A stretch of 64,000 nt of DNA, taken from contig CBDUPA010000008.1 in the NCBI GenBank assembly GCA_965368975.1, positions 160,001-224,000 on the forward strand. The letters are read 5' to 3'. Made by a program: the position numbers and the translations under genes. The notes under the pieces were generated by a model. That model did no database searches. It was given only the letters and a program-made list of their open reading frames with translations, and had not been told where the DNA came from. Shown piece after piece: positions 49,511 through 59,295 of this stretch. Origin of the DNA: an uncultured bacterium. Its GTDB lineage: Bacteria; Acidobacteriota; Thermoanaerobaculia; Multivoradales; JAHZIX01. The stretch's first letter is position 1; each line of letters starts with the position of its first letter.

Positions 49511-51196
49511 ATGAAGCGAGAACCCCGATCGAACTGGCTGTGCCGTCTGCAGCAGCTGAGCCAGGACACCGCCCTGACCGCGACCCTCGCCCTACTGCCG
49601 ATCTTCGCCTTGCTGTCGACACCGGCGGTCATGGCACAGGACGAGGACTCATCGTCGGTTCCCGCGTGGAGCCAGGTCGATGTGGTGGATCGTTCTCCCT
49701 TCTCGGCGAACTTCATTCTGGTCAATATGGACGAGCCTGGTGAAGGTCTGAACGACCCGACGCCGGCCGAACCCGTGGCTGGCAATCCCGGTACAACGCT
49801 CGGGGAACAGCGCCTGAACGCCTTCCGCGCTGCCGCCGCGGTGTGGGCACAGACGATCGTCAGTCCGGTCGACATCTACGTCCAGGTGGGCTTCGATCCC
49901 CTGCCGTGCAACGCGGTCTCCGCCACCATTGGCTCAGCCGGGACGTTGACCAGTGAGCGGGATTTCCCCGACGCACCGCAGGCGGGCACCTTGTACGTCG
50001 TCTCGCTGGCCAATGCCCTCGCGGGCCGCGACCTGCATCCCGGTCCGCCAGGTGCGGGTGGTGACGACATCTCGATTCGCTTCAATAGCTCGATCGACAA
50101 CAATCCCAATTGCCTTGCGGGTAGCTGGTATTACGGCTTTGATCACAACGAGCCCATGGGCCACGTCGACATGTTGGCGGCAGCGGTCCACGATCTCCAC
50201 CACGGCCTGGGCATGTTCAACTTTGTGCACGAGCCGAACGGCACCATGATCGATGGTCCAGAGCATCCGGGGATTTTCGAACGGATGCTGCTCGATACCG
50301 ACCTCGGCTTGACGTACGCCGAGATGACCGATGAGCAGCGTGCCACCTCCGCCACCAACTGCGGCAAAGTAGTGTGGACCGGACCCAACGTCACGCGCTT
50401 CGCACCGTTCTTCCTGCGGCGTGAGGCGCCGCAGTTGCGTGTCGAGAGCAGGGGCGCCGAGGCCGTGTACGAGGTGGGTACCGCGCAGTTCGGCCCGAGG
50501 CTGACTGCCGAAGGGGTCCAGGGAGTTCTGCAGGTGGTGGACGATGGAGTCGACAACGGGACCGATGGGTGTACGCCGCTGGCGGGTTTCACCGCCGGGA
50601 ATATTGCCGTCATCGACCGGGGAGTTTGCGGATTCACCACCAAGACGCAGAACGCCGCGGCGGCTGGTGCCAGCGCTGTCGTGGTCATCGACAGCCAGCC
50701 GTCCGAGTGCGCGCCCGGTTCTCTGGGCGGCACTATCATCGTGGACATCCCCACCTTCAAATTGAGCCAGAAGGACGGTGTCCAGCTCAAAGAAGCCCTG
50801 GCCGCCGGCAACGTCCGGGCGAGCCTCGAGTTCGGTCGGATCGAAACCCTGGCCGGTGCCGACGCCGAGGGCCGGGTGCGGCTCTACAATCCACGGCCGC
50901 TGAGTTCCTTCACCAACTGGCACTGGGACGTCGATGCCAACCCCGACCTGCTGATGGAGCCGTTTCTGACCCCGGGCCTGACGGTCGCGAACCTCGACCT
51001 GAGCCCGATGCAGTTGGCCGACATCGGCTGGACCCTGCGTCAGTGGTGCGGGAACAACGTGCGCGAAGGGATCGAGATGTGCGACGGAGAGGACCTGTTC
51101 GGGCAGAGCTGTGAGAGCCTCGGCTTCAGCACAGGTACGTTGGCGTGCGCACAGGGATGCGAGGAGTTCGACACCTCGGCCTGCACTGCGGAGTGA
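49511..51196 (+). CDS. Paralogous PA-domain metallopeptidase with HDxxH variant
   Basis: Colinear with 47333-49261; HDLHHGLG, DRGVCGF, WHWDV..LMEP and Cys-rich tail. Confidence 0.85.
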   Translation: MKREPRSNWLCRLQQLSQDTALTATLALLPIFALLSTPAVMAQDEDSSSVPAWSQVDVVDRSPFSANFILVNMDEPGEGLNDPTPAEPVAGNPGTTLGEQRLNAFRAAAAVWAQTIVSPVDIYVQVGFDPLPCNAVSATIGSAGTLTSERDFPDAPQAGTLYVVSLANALAGRDLHPGPPGAGGDDISIRFNSSIDNNPNCLAGSWYYGFDHNEPMGHVDMLAAAVHDLHHGLGMFNFVHEPNGTMIDGPEHPGIFERMLLDTDLGLTYAEMTDEQRATSATNCGKVVWTGPNVTRFAPFFLRREAPQLRVESRGAEAVYEVGTAQFGPRLTAEGVQGVLQVVDDGVDNGTDGCTPLAGFTAGNIAVIDRGVCGFTTKTQNAAAAGASAVVVIDSQPSECAPGSLGGTIIVDIPTFKLSQKDGVQLKEALAAGNVRASLEFGRIETLAGADAEGRVRLYNPRPLSSFTNWHWDVDANPDLLMEPFLTPGLTVANLDLSPMQLADIGWTLRQWCGNNVREGIEMCDGEDLFGQSCESLGFSTGTLACAQGCEEFDTSACTAE

Positions 51197-51801
51197 CCGT
51201 GGGCGCTGCTCTGGGGCACCGCTCAGTGCCAAGCCGAGTCTGGAGTGCCCTGGTCGCGGCCGGGGTTCTCTGGGCCCTGCCGCCTGTAGTGCTGCCGACG
51301 TTCGCGGTACCCGCCGATGAGGCGCGTGCCGAAGCCAAGGCTGAAGAGACCCAACCCGCCGAAGCTCGCCCAGTTACAACCAACCGCGTCGAAGCTGACC
51401 GCGTCGAGGCTGACCGCGTCGAGGCTGACCGCGAGCCTGACCAGGGCACAGCTGGGCCGCAGGCTCTTCCTGCCTGGATGCGGATTCCCGTCATCCAGGC
51501 CCCGGCTCGGGCAGCAGGTGTCGACGCGGCTTCCGGATCGACCGGTGCGGCGCTACCCGGCGGTCCCGACACGCGGCCGGTGACGCGGTCGTCGAGAGCG
51601 GCGGTGCGGGCAGACGGCAGCCTGCATGTGGTCTGTGGTTTCGGCGGTGAGGAGCATGTGCACGCTTCGGCCGAACAAGCCCGCACCGCGCATGCGGAAG
51701 TTGGGGGTGAGGAACCGGCGGTCAGCTCCTCAGCAGGTTCCACTTCTTCGGAATTGGCTGACCCGGAAGCCACCAACAGTAGCGAGACGCCTCCGCGCTG
51801 A
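51193..51801 (+). CDS. Putative secreted protein, diverged relative of 46810-47343
   Basis: GTGA overlap with the upstream stop; hydrophobic N-terminus; PAW and AVRADGSLHVVC resemble PAW and VLPDGSHQFQC. Confidence 0.55.
   Translation: MTVGAALGHRSVPSRVWSALVAAGVLWALPPVVLPTFAVPADEARAEAKAEETQPAEARPVTTNRVEADRVEADRVEADREPDQGTAGPQALPAWMRIPVIQAPARAAGVDAASGSTGAALPGGPDTRPVTRSSRAAVRADGSLHVVCGFGGEEHVHASAEQARTAHAEVGGEEPAVSSSAGSTSSELADPEATNSSETPPR
51383..51442. repeat. 15-bp in-frame repeat (RVEAD x3 plus partial)
   Basis: accgcgtcga(a/g)gctg x3. Confidence 0.85.
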
Positions 51802-51814
51802 CGTCCTGCGGCCT

Positions 51815-53347
51815 TCAACCGCCGGGGAGGTATTCGTCGAGTAGCGGCGCGAGCTTACGGTTGTTGAGGAAGAATATCCGGGCTTCGCTTGGCGTGACGG
51901 AATTGAGGTAGCCGAGCAAGTCGTCGACGCCGCGGCCACCGCTGGCGGCTCGGAACTCGCGGTCCAGGTGCTCGCGGAACGGACGGATGCGTCGCCGTAC
52001 CTTGCCGATCCACTCTTCCAGAACTATGCGCCGCTGCTCGCTGTCTTCGAGCTTACGGAGTTCTTCCACCAGCTGCTGGAAGCTCGCCCGCGGCCGGGCA
52101 ACCACCGGTGCGACAGTGGCGTAGGGCGACAGCGCGCGGGTCAGGCCCAGCGCGTCCAAGACGTGGAAGACCTGCTTGTCCTGCCCGGGGCCGTACAGGT
52201 CCGGGTAGGGGCGGGCGGCCAGGCCGAGCATGCGATCGTACTGGCTGCGGCTGTAGACGGGGCGCAGAAACACCAGGCGATCGACCGCAGGTAGGTTGAC
52301 GCCGTGCGCCAGGCTGTCACCGCTGACCGCGACCCGAGTGCCCTCGCCCGCCGCTCGCAACTGGCGAACGGCCTCCGGCGCCGTCAGTTCTGTGACCGGC
52401 AGGACGACCTCTGAGCCACGGTCGTGTGCTGGCGGGAAGAAGGCGCGCAGGATCTCGGTCACCTGCATAGCGTGGGTATCGTCGAGACAGTAGAGCAGAG
52501 TCGTACCGGGTACCCGTGGGTCCAACTGCTCGACGAGCTGTGAGCAGACCTTGCGCAGAAAACCCGCGTCGCGCAGTTGCTCCAGATGCGCCTGGCAAGC
52601 CGCTTCGATCCGCTCCGTGTCCACGCGGTCGGTCGAGGCCTGGTCGGCAGCTTGGGTGCCCCTGGCCTGCGCTGCGGCCGCTGGGGCTGCGTCTGCAGCG
52701 GGCCCTAGGGCGCGTGGTGGATCGTAATCGACCAGGACGCCGTCGAGCACGGCGCGCCGGTAGCTGTACTGAAAGACGGGCTGTCCGAGGCTATCGATCC
52801 GCTCCTGCGTCGCGGTGCTGGCGAAGACGACATGTGTCGTTACGGGTTCGTTGCCTGCTGCCTCGGTGTTGGTCGCTTCGATGCCGCGGACGACTTCGTC
52901 ATGGAGCACGTCGTCATAGACGACGAAGTTGGCTGGCGATGCGGTCGCGGCCCGGTCCCGGCTCTCGCTGACCTGGATACGCAACCGACCTGTGACCCTC
53001 AGCTGACCCGTCGAATCCGGTTCCTCGCTACCGTAGAAGCTGGCGAGTGCGCGACCAGGCTCGATCTCCATCTGGGCGTAGTCCGTTACCGCTTGCTGTC
53101 GCAGCAATTCGGTGCCGACGAACAAGCAACCAGAGGCCACGGGGTGGGCACTGAGCAGTCGATGCAGCACCAAAAGAGCGAGGCGAGTCTTGCCGGTGCC
53201 GGGCGCGAGCACGACCAGGAGTCGTCGCTGGCCCGACTCGATTCTGTGCTCGAGGTTGCGCAGTGCCTGGCGCTGGAAAGGCCAGAGCAACGTCTCGGGA
53301 AGCGCCGTAGAGCGAGATCTACGGTCGGAGGGCATATCGCTGGTCAC
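51815..53347 (-). CDS. Degenerate HsdR-like SF2 helicase homologue (no nuclease domain)
   Basis: FQRQAL, APGTGKT, YSYRRAVLDGVLVDY, LVFLRPVYSRSQYDRMLG and PVVARPRASFQQLVEEL; VVYDDVLH where DExH is expected. Confidence 0.7.
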   Translation of the reverse strand: MTSDMPSDRRSRSTALPETLLWPFQRQALRNLEHRIESGQRRLLVVLAPGTGKTRLALLVLHRLLSAHPVASGCLFVGTELLRQQAVTDYAQMEIEPGRALASFYGSEEPDSTGQLRVTGRLRIQVSESRDRAATASPANFVVYDDVLHDEVVRGIEATNTEAAGNEPVTTHVVFASTATQERIDSLGQPVFQYSYRRAVLDGVLVDYDPPRALGPAADAAPAAAAQARGTQAADQASTDRVDTERIEAACQAHLEQLRDAGFLRKVCSQLVEQLDPRVPGTTLLYCLDDTHAMQVTEILRAFFPPAHDRGSEVVLPVTELTAPEAVRQLRAAGEGTRVAVSGDSLAHGVNLPAVDRLVFLRPVYSRSQYDRMLGLAARPYPDLYGPGQDKQVFHVLDALGLTRALSPYATVAPVVARPRASFQQLVEELRKLEDSEQRRIVLEEWIGKVRRRIRPFREHLDREFRAASGGRGVDDLLGYLNSVTPSEARIFFLNNRKLAPLLDEYLPGG

Positions 53348-53497
53348 AAGGCTGGATTATAGCCCGAGGAATCCGGGCCAGAGCGGCGAGGGGGAGATGG
53401 CGGTGCCGGGAGGACGGCACACTGGCAGCCCATTCCCGGCACCCGCGACTCTGGTAGGCAAAGCTCGCAAGACGAGCCCTGGAGACCATCACCTCGA

Positions 53498-54283
53498 TCA
53501 GGCTGCGCCTTCGCCGCCAGCAGCGTCACCACTAGGTGCACCTCCACCGGTCGCCGCGCCGCTAGCTGCCTGTTCGCCGGCAGTCAGCCCCATACGCTTT
53601 TTCAGCTCGGCCAGGGAGTCTTGCGCCTTGGCGGCACTCGGCGAGCCGATGGCCTTGTCGATCTCCTCGTCGATCGAGGTTGCGCCGTCGGCCATGTCAC
53701 CGTAAGCCTCGGCCAGCGCTTCCTGCTCGGTGACTTTCTCTTTCATCTTCTCGAGCATGGCGATGGTACCGGAGGTATCGACATTGGCCAGTTGACGGTT
53801 GATCTTCTCCATCGAGTCGGCAGTCTTGGAGCGCGCGCGTAGCGTGGTCAGCTCGGCCTCGTAGTGGCCGATCTGGTTCTTCAGCTTCTTGACCTTGCTC
53901 TCCAGCTGGTTGGCCAGCTGCTCCTGCTTGGTGAAGTCGCTGCTCAGGCTGGTCGCGCGCTGTACTGCTTCTTCTTTCTTCTCCAGGGCAGCGGTCGCCA
54001 GGCGGTCGGCCTCCTCGCCGACAACTTCGCCGCGCTGCCCCTGCTGCAGCAGCAGCATTGCCTTGCGCTCGTAGTCGCCGGCCAGCTTCTTCTGGTCTTC
54101 GGCGTCCTTGCGCTGGCGAATCGCGATGGCCTTGACCTGCGCCAAGCTGGCCATCGATTCTTGCAGATCCTTCTTCAGGTCACGGATACCTTGCTCTGTG
54201 AGCTTGATCGGGTCTTCGAATTTGTCTACCGCCGAGTGCGCCTCGGACTGGAAGATTCTGAACAGTCTTTGAAAGATCGACAT
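53498..54283 (-). CDS. pspA: PspA/IM30 family protein
   Basis: MSIFQRL amphipathic N-terminus, EDP motif, long coiled coil, LAELKKRM. Confidence 0.9.
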   Translation of the reverse strand: MSIFQRLFRIFQSEAHSAVDKFEDPIKLTEQGIRDLKKDLQESMASLAQVKAIAIRQRKDAEDQKKLAGDYERKAMLLLQQGQRGEVVGEEADRLATAALEKKEEAVQRATSLSSDFTKQEQLANQLESKVKKLKNQIGHYEAELTTLRARSKTADSMEKINRQLANVDTSGTIAMLEKMKEKVTEQEALAEAYGDMADGATSIDEEIDKAIGSPSAAKAQDSLAELKKRMGLTAGEQAASGAATGGGAPSGDAAGGEGAA

Positions 54284-54322
54284 CGTCTCTGTCTCCGTGG
54301 GTAGTGCTTCGAGGGTAGGACT

Positions 54323-54727
54323 TCAGGCCGCTGCCTGCACGTGGTCGAGCAGTTCGCTCGCGTGCTCGGCGAGGGCCAGGGACAGGGCGCTGATCGAGCC
54401 TTCCAGCTCGCCCAGGTCGAGGGTAGAGAGGCGCAGCGTGTCGCGCCAGAACAGACGCTGGCTGTTCGAGTCGAGCACAAAGGCACCGTGCACCAGGGTC
54501 CGGTTCATCTGTAGCAGGCGGCGGTAGAAGCCGCTGTCGACGTCTTCGGGCAGGTCCAGGATCAGCTGCTCCAGGACCAGGATGGGATCTTCGCAGTCGA
54601 TCACCAAGTTCTTGATGCCGTTGGCTTCGTCTTCGACGATGAGCAGTTCTTCGGCGGCGTCGGTATGAACGATCTTGAGGTCGAGCTCCAGGACATATTC
54701 CTGCACTCGTGGCCAGTGTTCGGACAT
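54323..54727 (-). CDS. CesT/YbjN-like chaperone-fold protein
   Basis: 134 aa, acidic; LLQMNRTLVHGAFVLD and DTL....LD..EL. Confidence 0.75.
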   Translation of the reverse strand: MSEHWPRVQEYVLELDLKIVHTDAAEELLIVEDEANGIKNLVIDCEDPILVLEQLILDLPEDVDSGFYRRLLQMNRTLVHGAFVLDSNSQRLFWRDTLRLSTLDLGELEGSISALSLALAEHASELLDHVQAAA

Positions 54728-54817
54728 TCTGTGATCCTCCTGTGGGGGTCGATTCTTGCGCGCACCAGGTGGAAGCGTGCGCTGCAGTATATCAGTCAGT
54801 GGTGAGTTGTCAGAGCG

Positions 54818-55219
54818 TCAAGCCCGGCGTTCCAGGTGACGTTTCAGTTGCTCGTAGGCGTGGTTGAGGCCCTTGACCAGTTCGGTGGCGGTGTGCAGCT
54901 GTTCTGGGTCGCCGGAGTGCAGGTCGGGATGATACTTGCGCATCAGCCGTTTCCAGGCGTCGCGTACTGTTGCCAGGTCGGAGCCGTAAGGAACTTCGAG
55001 GTTGCGGTAGTAGCGGGCCAGCTCCGGATCTTCACCGGGCTTGCCCTCGGACGGCTGTGCCTCCTGAGATCGACCCGTTCCATCCGCACCGGTTCGAGCC
55101 TGGCCGCGGCGCATCTCTTCCCAGGCGGCCCGCTCAGCGTCGCTCAACTTGGGACGGCCTCCGAGGCGGTTGCCGACCTCGGCCTCGACGATGCGCCACA
55201 GGCGGCGGAGCAGACTCAT
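54818..55219 (-). CDS. Small protein with C-terminal J domain
   Basis: YYRNLEV..AWKRLMRKYHPD..LNHAYEQL; GGAAGGA RBS-like sequence. Confidence 0.88.
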   Translation of the reverse strand: MSLLRRLWRIVEAEVGNRLGGRPKLSDAERAAWEEMRRGQARTGADGTGRSQEAQPSEGKPGEDPELARYYRNLEVPYGSDLATVRDAWKRLMRKYHPDLHSGDPEQLHTATELVKGLNHAYEQLKRHLERRA

Positions 55220-55268
55220 GACGACTTCTTCCTTCCGGCGAACCCGGACAGCTGTGGGAAAGGCGGCA

Positions 55269-56831
55269 TCAGTACAGATCCCAGGCACCGTCGCGGTAGT
55301 AGTAGAAGACGGCCAGATCTCGCTCGTTGCTGATCCGGATGGTGTCGCGGTCGTCGAGCAAGCCCTTGCCGAAGTGCAGCATACTGACCATGGCATCGCG
55401 GTTCAAGAAGCGGGTCTTCAGCCCCTCGAACCGCTCTTCGGCGAGGTGTCGGCGTAGCGCCTCGACCTCGATCACGCGACTCGCGGGTGGCTTGACGCCT
55501 AGCACCCAACCCCATTCGCCCATGGTCGGCACGTGGTTGTGGTAGGGCAGTGCGGTCAGGCCCGCGGCCTCGATGGTGTTGAGGATGCAGACGAAGGCGT
55601 CGCGCGCGAAGAACGGACTAGTCGCCTGTGTCACCAGCACACCACCGGCGCGCAGATGCCCGGCCGCCAGGCGGTAGAAGCCGAGCGAGTAGAGGCGAGC
55701 CAGGGACACCGTCTTGGGGTCTGGCAGGTCGACCAGGATGATGTCGAAGAGGCCGTGTGCTGCGTCGAGGGGGCGGCGCTGCAAGTAGGCATAGGCATCG
55801 GCGTTGACCACCTCGACGCGTGGATCGTCGAGGCTGCCGCCGTTGAGCGCGGTGAGAATCGGGTGCGTGCGCCCCAGCTCCGTCATTGTCGGATCGAGGT
55901 CGACCAGCGTCACTGTCTCGACCGGGTGCTGGAGGATCTCGCGTACCGCGAGGCCGTCACCACCGCCCAGCACCAGCACGCGGCGGGCGTCCGGCACGAC
56001 GGCAAAGGCTGGGTGGACCAACGGCTCATGGTAGCGGTGTTCGTCGTAGCTACTGAACTGCTCGCTGCCGTCGAGGAACAGCCAGTGATGATTCTTCCAG
56101 CGTGTCATGACGATACGCTGGTACGGCGTCTGCTGACTGTAGACGATGCGGTCGCGGTACTTCTTCTGCTCGCCGAACAGCACCATCGGCTCGGCCAGCA
56201 GCGCGATGGCGACCAGGGCGACGCCGGTCGCGGCGAAGGCGGCGGTGAGCCGGCGCGGCCAGCGACACGTGGCGCGGAAACGGCCGAAGAGCAGCGCCGC
56301 GACGATGAAGTTGACCGCGCCGAGGATGATCGGGGTGTAGGTCAGGCCTAGGTGAGGCAGAGCTACGAAGGCGAACAGCAGGCCGCCGAGCAGTGCCCCG
56401 TAGTAGTCCTTTTCCATCACCGAGCTGAGGTTGACGCGCAGATCCTCGAACACCTCGTTGAGGCGCGCGGCCAGCGGGATTTCGAGGCCGATCAGCAGGC
56501 CGATCGCGAAGGCGGTGAGGTAGATCCAGAAGCCCACCGGCTCGATCCAGGCACCGAGCGCATAGATCAACGGCGCTGACAGCGCGCACAGCAGCGACAG
56601 CGCCAGTTCGACGGTGATGAAGGCGTCTAGCAGGTCGCGCCGTACCCAGCGCGACAGACGGCTACCAACGCCCATGGCGAAGAGCATTAGCGACACGGTC
56701 AGCGTCCACTGGCGCACGGCGTCGCCGAGCAGATAGCTGGCCAGCGTCGACATCACGTACTCCGCTACGATGCCGGAGAGGCCGGTAGCGAAGACGCAGG
56801 CCTTGAGGATGCCGCTACGGGAGGAGTGCAA
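55269..56831 (-). CDS. speE: Membrane-fused polyamine aminopropyltransferase (SpeE-like)
   Basis: About 7 TM segments, then QTPYQ, YHEPLVH, VLGGGDG, VDLD and DLPDP motifs. Confidence 0.85.
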   Translation of the reverse strand: MHSSRSGILKACVFATGLSGIVAEYVMSTLASYLLGDAVRQWTLTVSLMLFAMGVGSRLSRWVRRDLLDAFITVELALSLLCALSAPLIYALGAWIEPVGFWIYLTAFAIGLLIGLEIPLAARLNEVFEDLRVNLSSVMEKDYYGALLGGLLFAFVALPHLGLTYTPIILGAVNFIVAALLFGRFRATCRWPRRLTAAFAATGVALVAIALLAEPMVLFGEQKKYRDRIVYSQQTPYQRIVMTRWKNHHWLFLDGSEQFSSYDEHRYHEPLVHPAFAVVPDARRVLVLGGGDGLAVREILQHPVETVTLVDLDPTMTELGRTHPILTALNGGSLDDPRVEVVNADAYAYLQRRPLDAAHGLFDIILVDLPDPKTVSLARLYSLGFYRLAAGHLRAGGVLVTQATSPFFARDAFVCILNTIEAAGLTALPYHNHVPTMGEWGWVLGVKPPASRVIEVEALRRHLAEERFEGLKTRFLNRDAMVSMLHFGKGLLDDRDTIRISNERDLAVFYYYRDGAWDLY

Positions 56832-56856
56832 GCAGGAGAGTCCGCAGTCCGGGCGG

Positions 56857-57702
56857 CTAGAGCAGCCAGCCGATCAGCATCGAGGCGGCGATGTAGGAGA
56901 AGGCTTCCAGCAGACCGGCGCCGACGTTCGCTTCCTCCTGGTTCACCAGCTCGTCGGTCAGCTTGGCGCCCGGCACCAGCAGGCGGTCGGTCAGCCAGCG
57001 CACCGCCGGTAGCATGAGCAGCGCAACCAGCAGGAACCAGCCGTACTCCAGCAGGTTCTCGCGCCAGCTCAGGAAGTCACCTCCGACCGAGATGCGCGAA
57101 ATGTTACCGAGCGCGATCAGCACACCGCTGAAGGCGACGCCGACGGCGACGTTGTCCTTCTCGATCTCGTCGTGGAGGTCGAAGGGCAGGATGAAGTCGT
57201 AGACGCGGCTGGCCAGGATCAGCACGCCCTGGCCCAGCGCCCAGAACGCGACCGCCGTCACCAGGTCGCCCTCGCCGGACAACGCACCGCTGAGGATCAA
57301 GCCGTTGGCAATGTGGTTACCGGCTTCGACCGCACCGGTGCCGGCGTTGCGATCCTCGAAGATCTCTTTGTAGTTGTCGAAGTGACGCAGGATCAGCTTG
57401 TCGTTGAGCCAGGCCGAGACGTTGAGCAGCAGGATCGCTACCAGACCGTAGAAGCCAATGTCCAGCAGGTCGTCGACCAGTCCCTTGTTCGGCCCGAGCA
57501 GCACGCCGGAGAGCGCGATCACCAGCCCGGCGTAGTAGCCGACGACGGCCAGAGCGAAGGCGAAGTTGTCGCGCTGGAACAGTTCGTCGGCGACGTTCAC
57601 CCGCGGTCGCAACCGGTCGTAGATTAGCTTGCCGAGCAGGAACAGCACGAAGACGGCCAGCAGGTAAACGAGGCCGGTCACAGTCTGGTCGATCGAGATC
57701 AT
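56857..57702 (-). CDS. DUF350 (YjfL-like) duplicated membrane protein
   Basis: Repeated E..(D)N.A.(G/A) motifs between TM segments; GGAGG RBS. Confidence 0.85.
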   Translation of the reverse strand: MISIDQTVTGLVYLLAVFVLFLLGKLIYDRLRPRVNVADELFQRDNFAFALAVVGYYAGLVIALSGVLLGPNKGLVDDLLDIGFYGLVAILLLNVSAWLNDKLILRHFDNYKEIFEDRNAGTGAVEAGNHIANGLILSGALSGEGDLVTAVAFWALGQGVLILASRVYDFILPFDLHDEIEKDNVAVGVAFSGVLIALGNISRISVGGDFLSWRENLLEYGWFLLVALLMLPAVRWLTDRLLVPGAKLTDELVNQEEANVGAGLLEAFSYIAASMLIGWLL

Positions 57703-57766
57703 CGGGCGTCCTCCGGAATCAAACGAATGTGGTCACTTGCTGCCAAATTCACCAGTCCCCTCACGA

Positions 57767-58570
57767 CTACTTGCCACCGCGCCGGCCGCGCGAGCGGGCA
57801 CCGCTAGAACGGCTGCGCGAAACGCGGTCGCGCACCTTGTTGGAGAAGCGACTGCGGCTGGAGGCCTGGCGCGCCTGTTGGCGCTGGAAGAACGTCGGGT
57901 TGGTGCGTTGCGTCACCGTGCCACGGGTGCCGTATTGCCGGTTGCTACCGAAGTAGCCGCGGATCGGTCCACTGCTGGTGCGCCGGTCCGCGCGACCCCA
58001 GCCTGCTTGACGATACTGTCGCCGGTAGTCACGGTAGCCGTCCCAGTCACCGCGGTAGACGGGGCCCTGCAGTGCTCCAAAGAGGTGCGACATGAGTGCG
58101 TACTTGCCATAGAAGGACCAGAACGAGTTGCCGCTGTTGTCCGTGCGCCACTCACCGTAGCGGGTGTCACCGACGTATTGGTACCCTGGCGGAAAGTGTG
58201 CCGAGCTGATCTCATCGTCGGCCTGTTTGGACAGTAGCGTCATGCCCAAGAAGGGCTCGTAGCGACCGTAGACGGTCTCGGGCACCTGGATCCACTCGGT
58301 CGTCCGATCCTGCAGGCTCAGTTCGCCGCCCGCTTCGTCGGGCAGGGATTCGGCCCACACCAGCTTGTAGCGATGGAAGTACTCGGTGAAGAAATTGCCG
58401 TCCTCGCGCATGTCGTCCAGGATGATCGAGAACTCCGGGTAGACGTCGAGCTGGCGCTGCAGGTCGTCGAGCGGATTCGACGGTTCGTCGCAGCCGGAGA
58501 GCACCAACACCAGTGCGAAGACCGGTAACGCGCGCCAACCTGGGCCGGCAGCAGATCGTGAGTGTTCCAT
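57767..58570 (-). CDS. Lipoprotein with Arg/Ser-rich tail ending GGK
   Basis: Lipobox LSGC; SFWSFYGKYALM; low-complexity basic tail. Confidence 0.78.
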   Translation of the reverse strand: MEHSRSAAGPGWRALPVFALVLVLSGCDEPSNPLDDLQRQLDVYPEFSIILDDMREDGNFFTEYFHRYKLVWAESLPDEAGGELSLQDRTTEWIQVPETVYGRYEPFLGMTLLSKQADDEISSAHFPPGYQYVGDTRYGEWRTDNSGNSFWSFYGKYALMSHLFGALQGPVYRGDWDGYRDYRRQYRQAGWGRADRRTSSGPIRGYFGSNRQYGTRGTVTQRTNPTFFQRQQARQASSRSRFSNKVRDRVSRSRSSGARSRGRRGGK

Positions 58571-58577
58571 GCGCCTC

Positions 58578-59138
58578 TCAGTCCTGCTTGTAGGGCAGGA
58601 TATTGGTGAACTGATATTCCTCGACATAGCGGCCCTCGGCGGCTTCGAATTCGGTTTCTCCCCACTGCTCGATGGTCACGAAGTGCTCTTCGTCCTCGTG
58701 CTCGAACTCCCACTTGATCAACTCCTGCGGCGCCCGGTTGCCGTCCTTGTAGAAGTACCCGGCAACGCTCTCGTCGAGGTAGTAGGTCGTGCCCTTGTAC
58801 GTGATGCGGTCGGGCGGATCGTCGTGGTCGATGATGTGCTGGCGTAGATTGCCGTCCAGCGCACCGATAGGGATCTTCTGGCTCCAACTCCAATCGTCGT
58901 CGTCTTCGCCTCCACGTTCCAGGTACCGCTTCACGCGGCCGTGCGTCAGCTCCCACTCGTCGACGAACTGTTGGTCGAATTCATAGCGGTGGTACGCCGT
59001 CACTTCCCACGTCTTGTCGTCGAAGTCGAGCATGAAACCGACGCGCAGCTTGGGTAAGATCAGGTCGTGCAGAGGATCGATGGCCAGCTCTTCGTCATTG
59101 GCTGGCTTGGGGCGACGGAAGAAATCGAACAGACCCAT
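58578..59138 (-). CDS. DUF4178-like protein
   Basis: MGLFDFF start; L.VG..L....W.V, EWEL, ITYKGTTY and IEQWG; operon context. Confidence 0.72.
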   Translation of the reverse strand: MGLFDFFRRPKPANDEELAIDPLHDLILPKLRVGFMLDFDDKTWEVTAYHRYEFDQQFVDEWELTHGRVKRYLERGGEDDDDWSWSQKIPIGALDGNLRQHIIDHDDPPDRITYKGTTYYLDESVAGYFYKDGNRAPQELIKWEFEHEDEEHFVTIEQWGETEFEAAEGRYVEEYQFTNILPYKQD

Positions 59139-59295
59139 GATTGAGTTGTACGGTAGCACAGGCGCTGGGTTTGAGAATTCGGATACCCGCGACCCTCGGA
59201 TACCACTCGTCTCGACGGTGACCTGTCGATTGAGGAATCGCGCCCGACTGCGTGGTAGGCTTCGAACAGTTCCATAGCTGATTTTCGGAGGGACC

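Noticed and set aside
51815-53347. Functional type I restriction-modification system
   Set aside because: No hsdM/hsdS, no nuclease domain, degenerate Walker B
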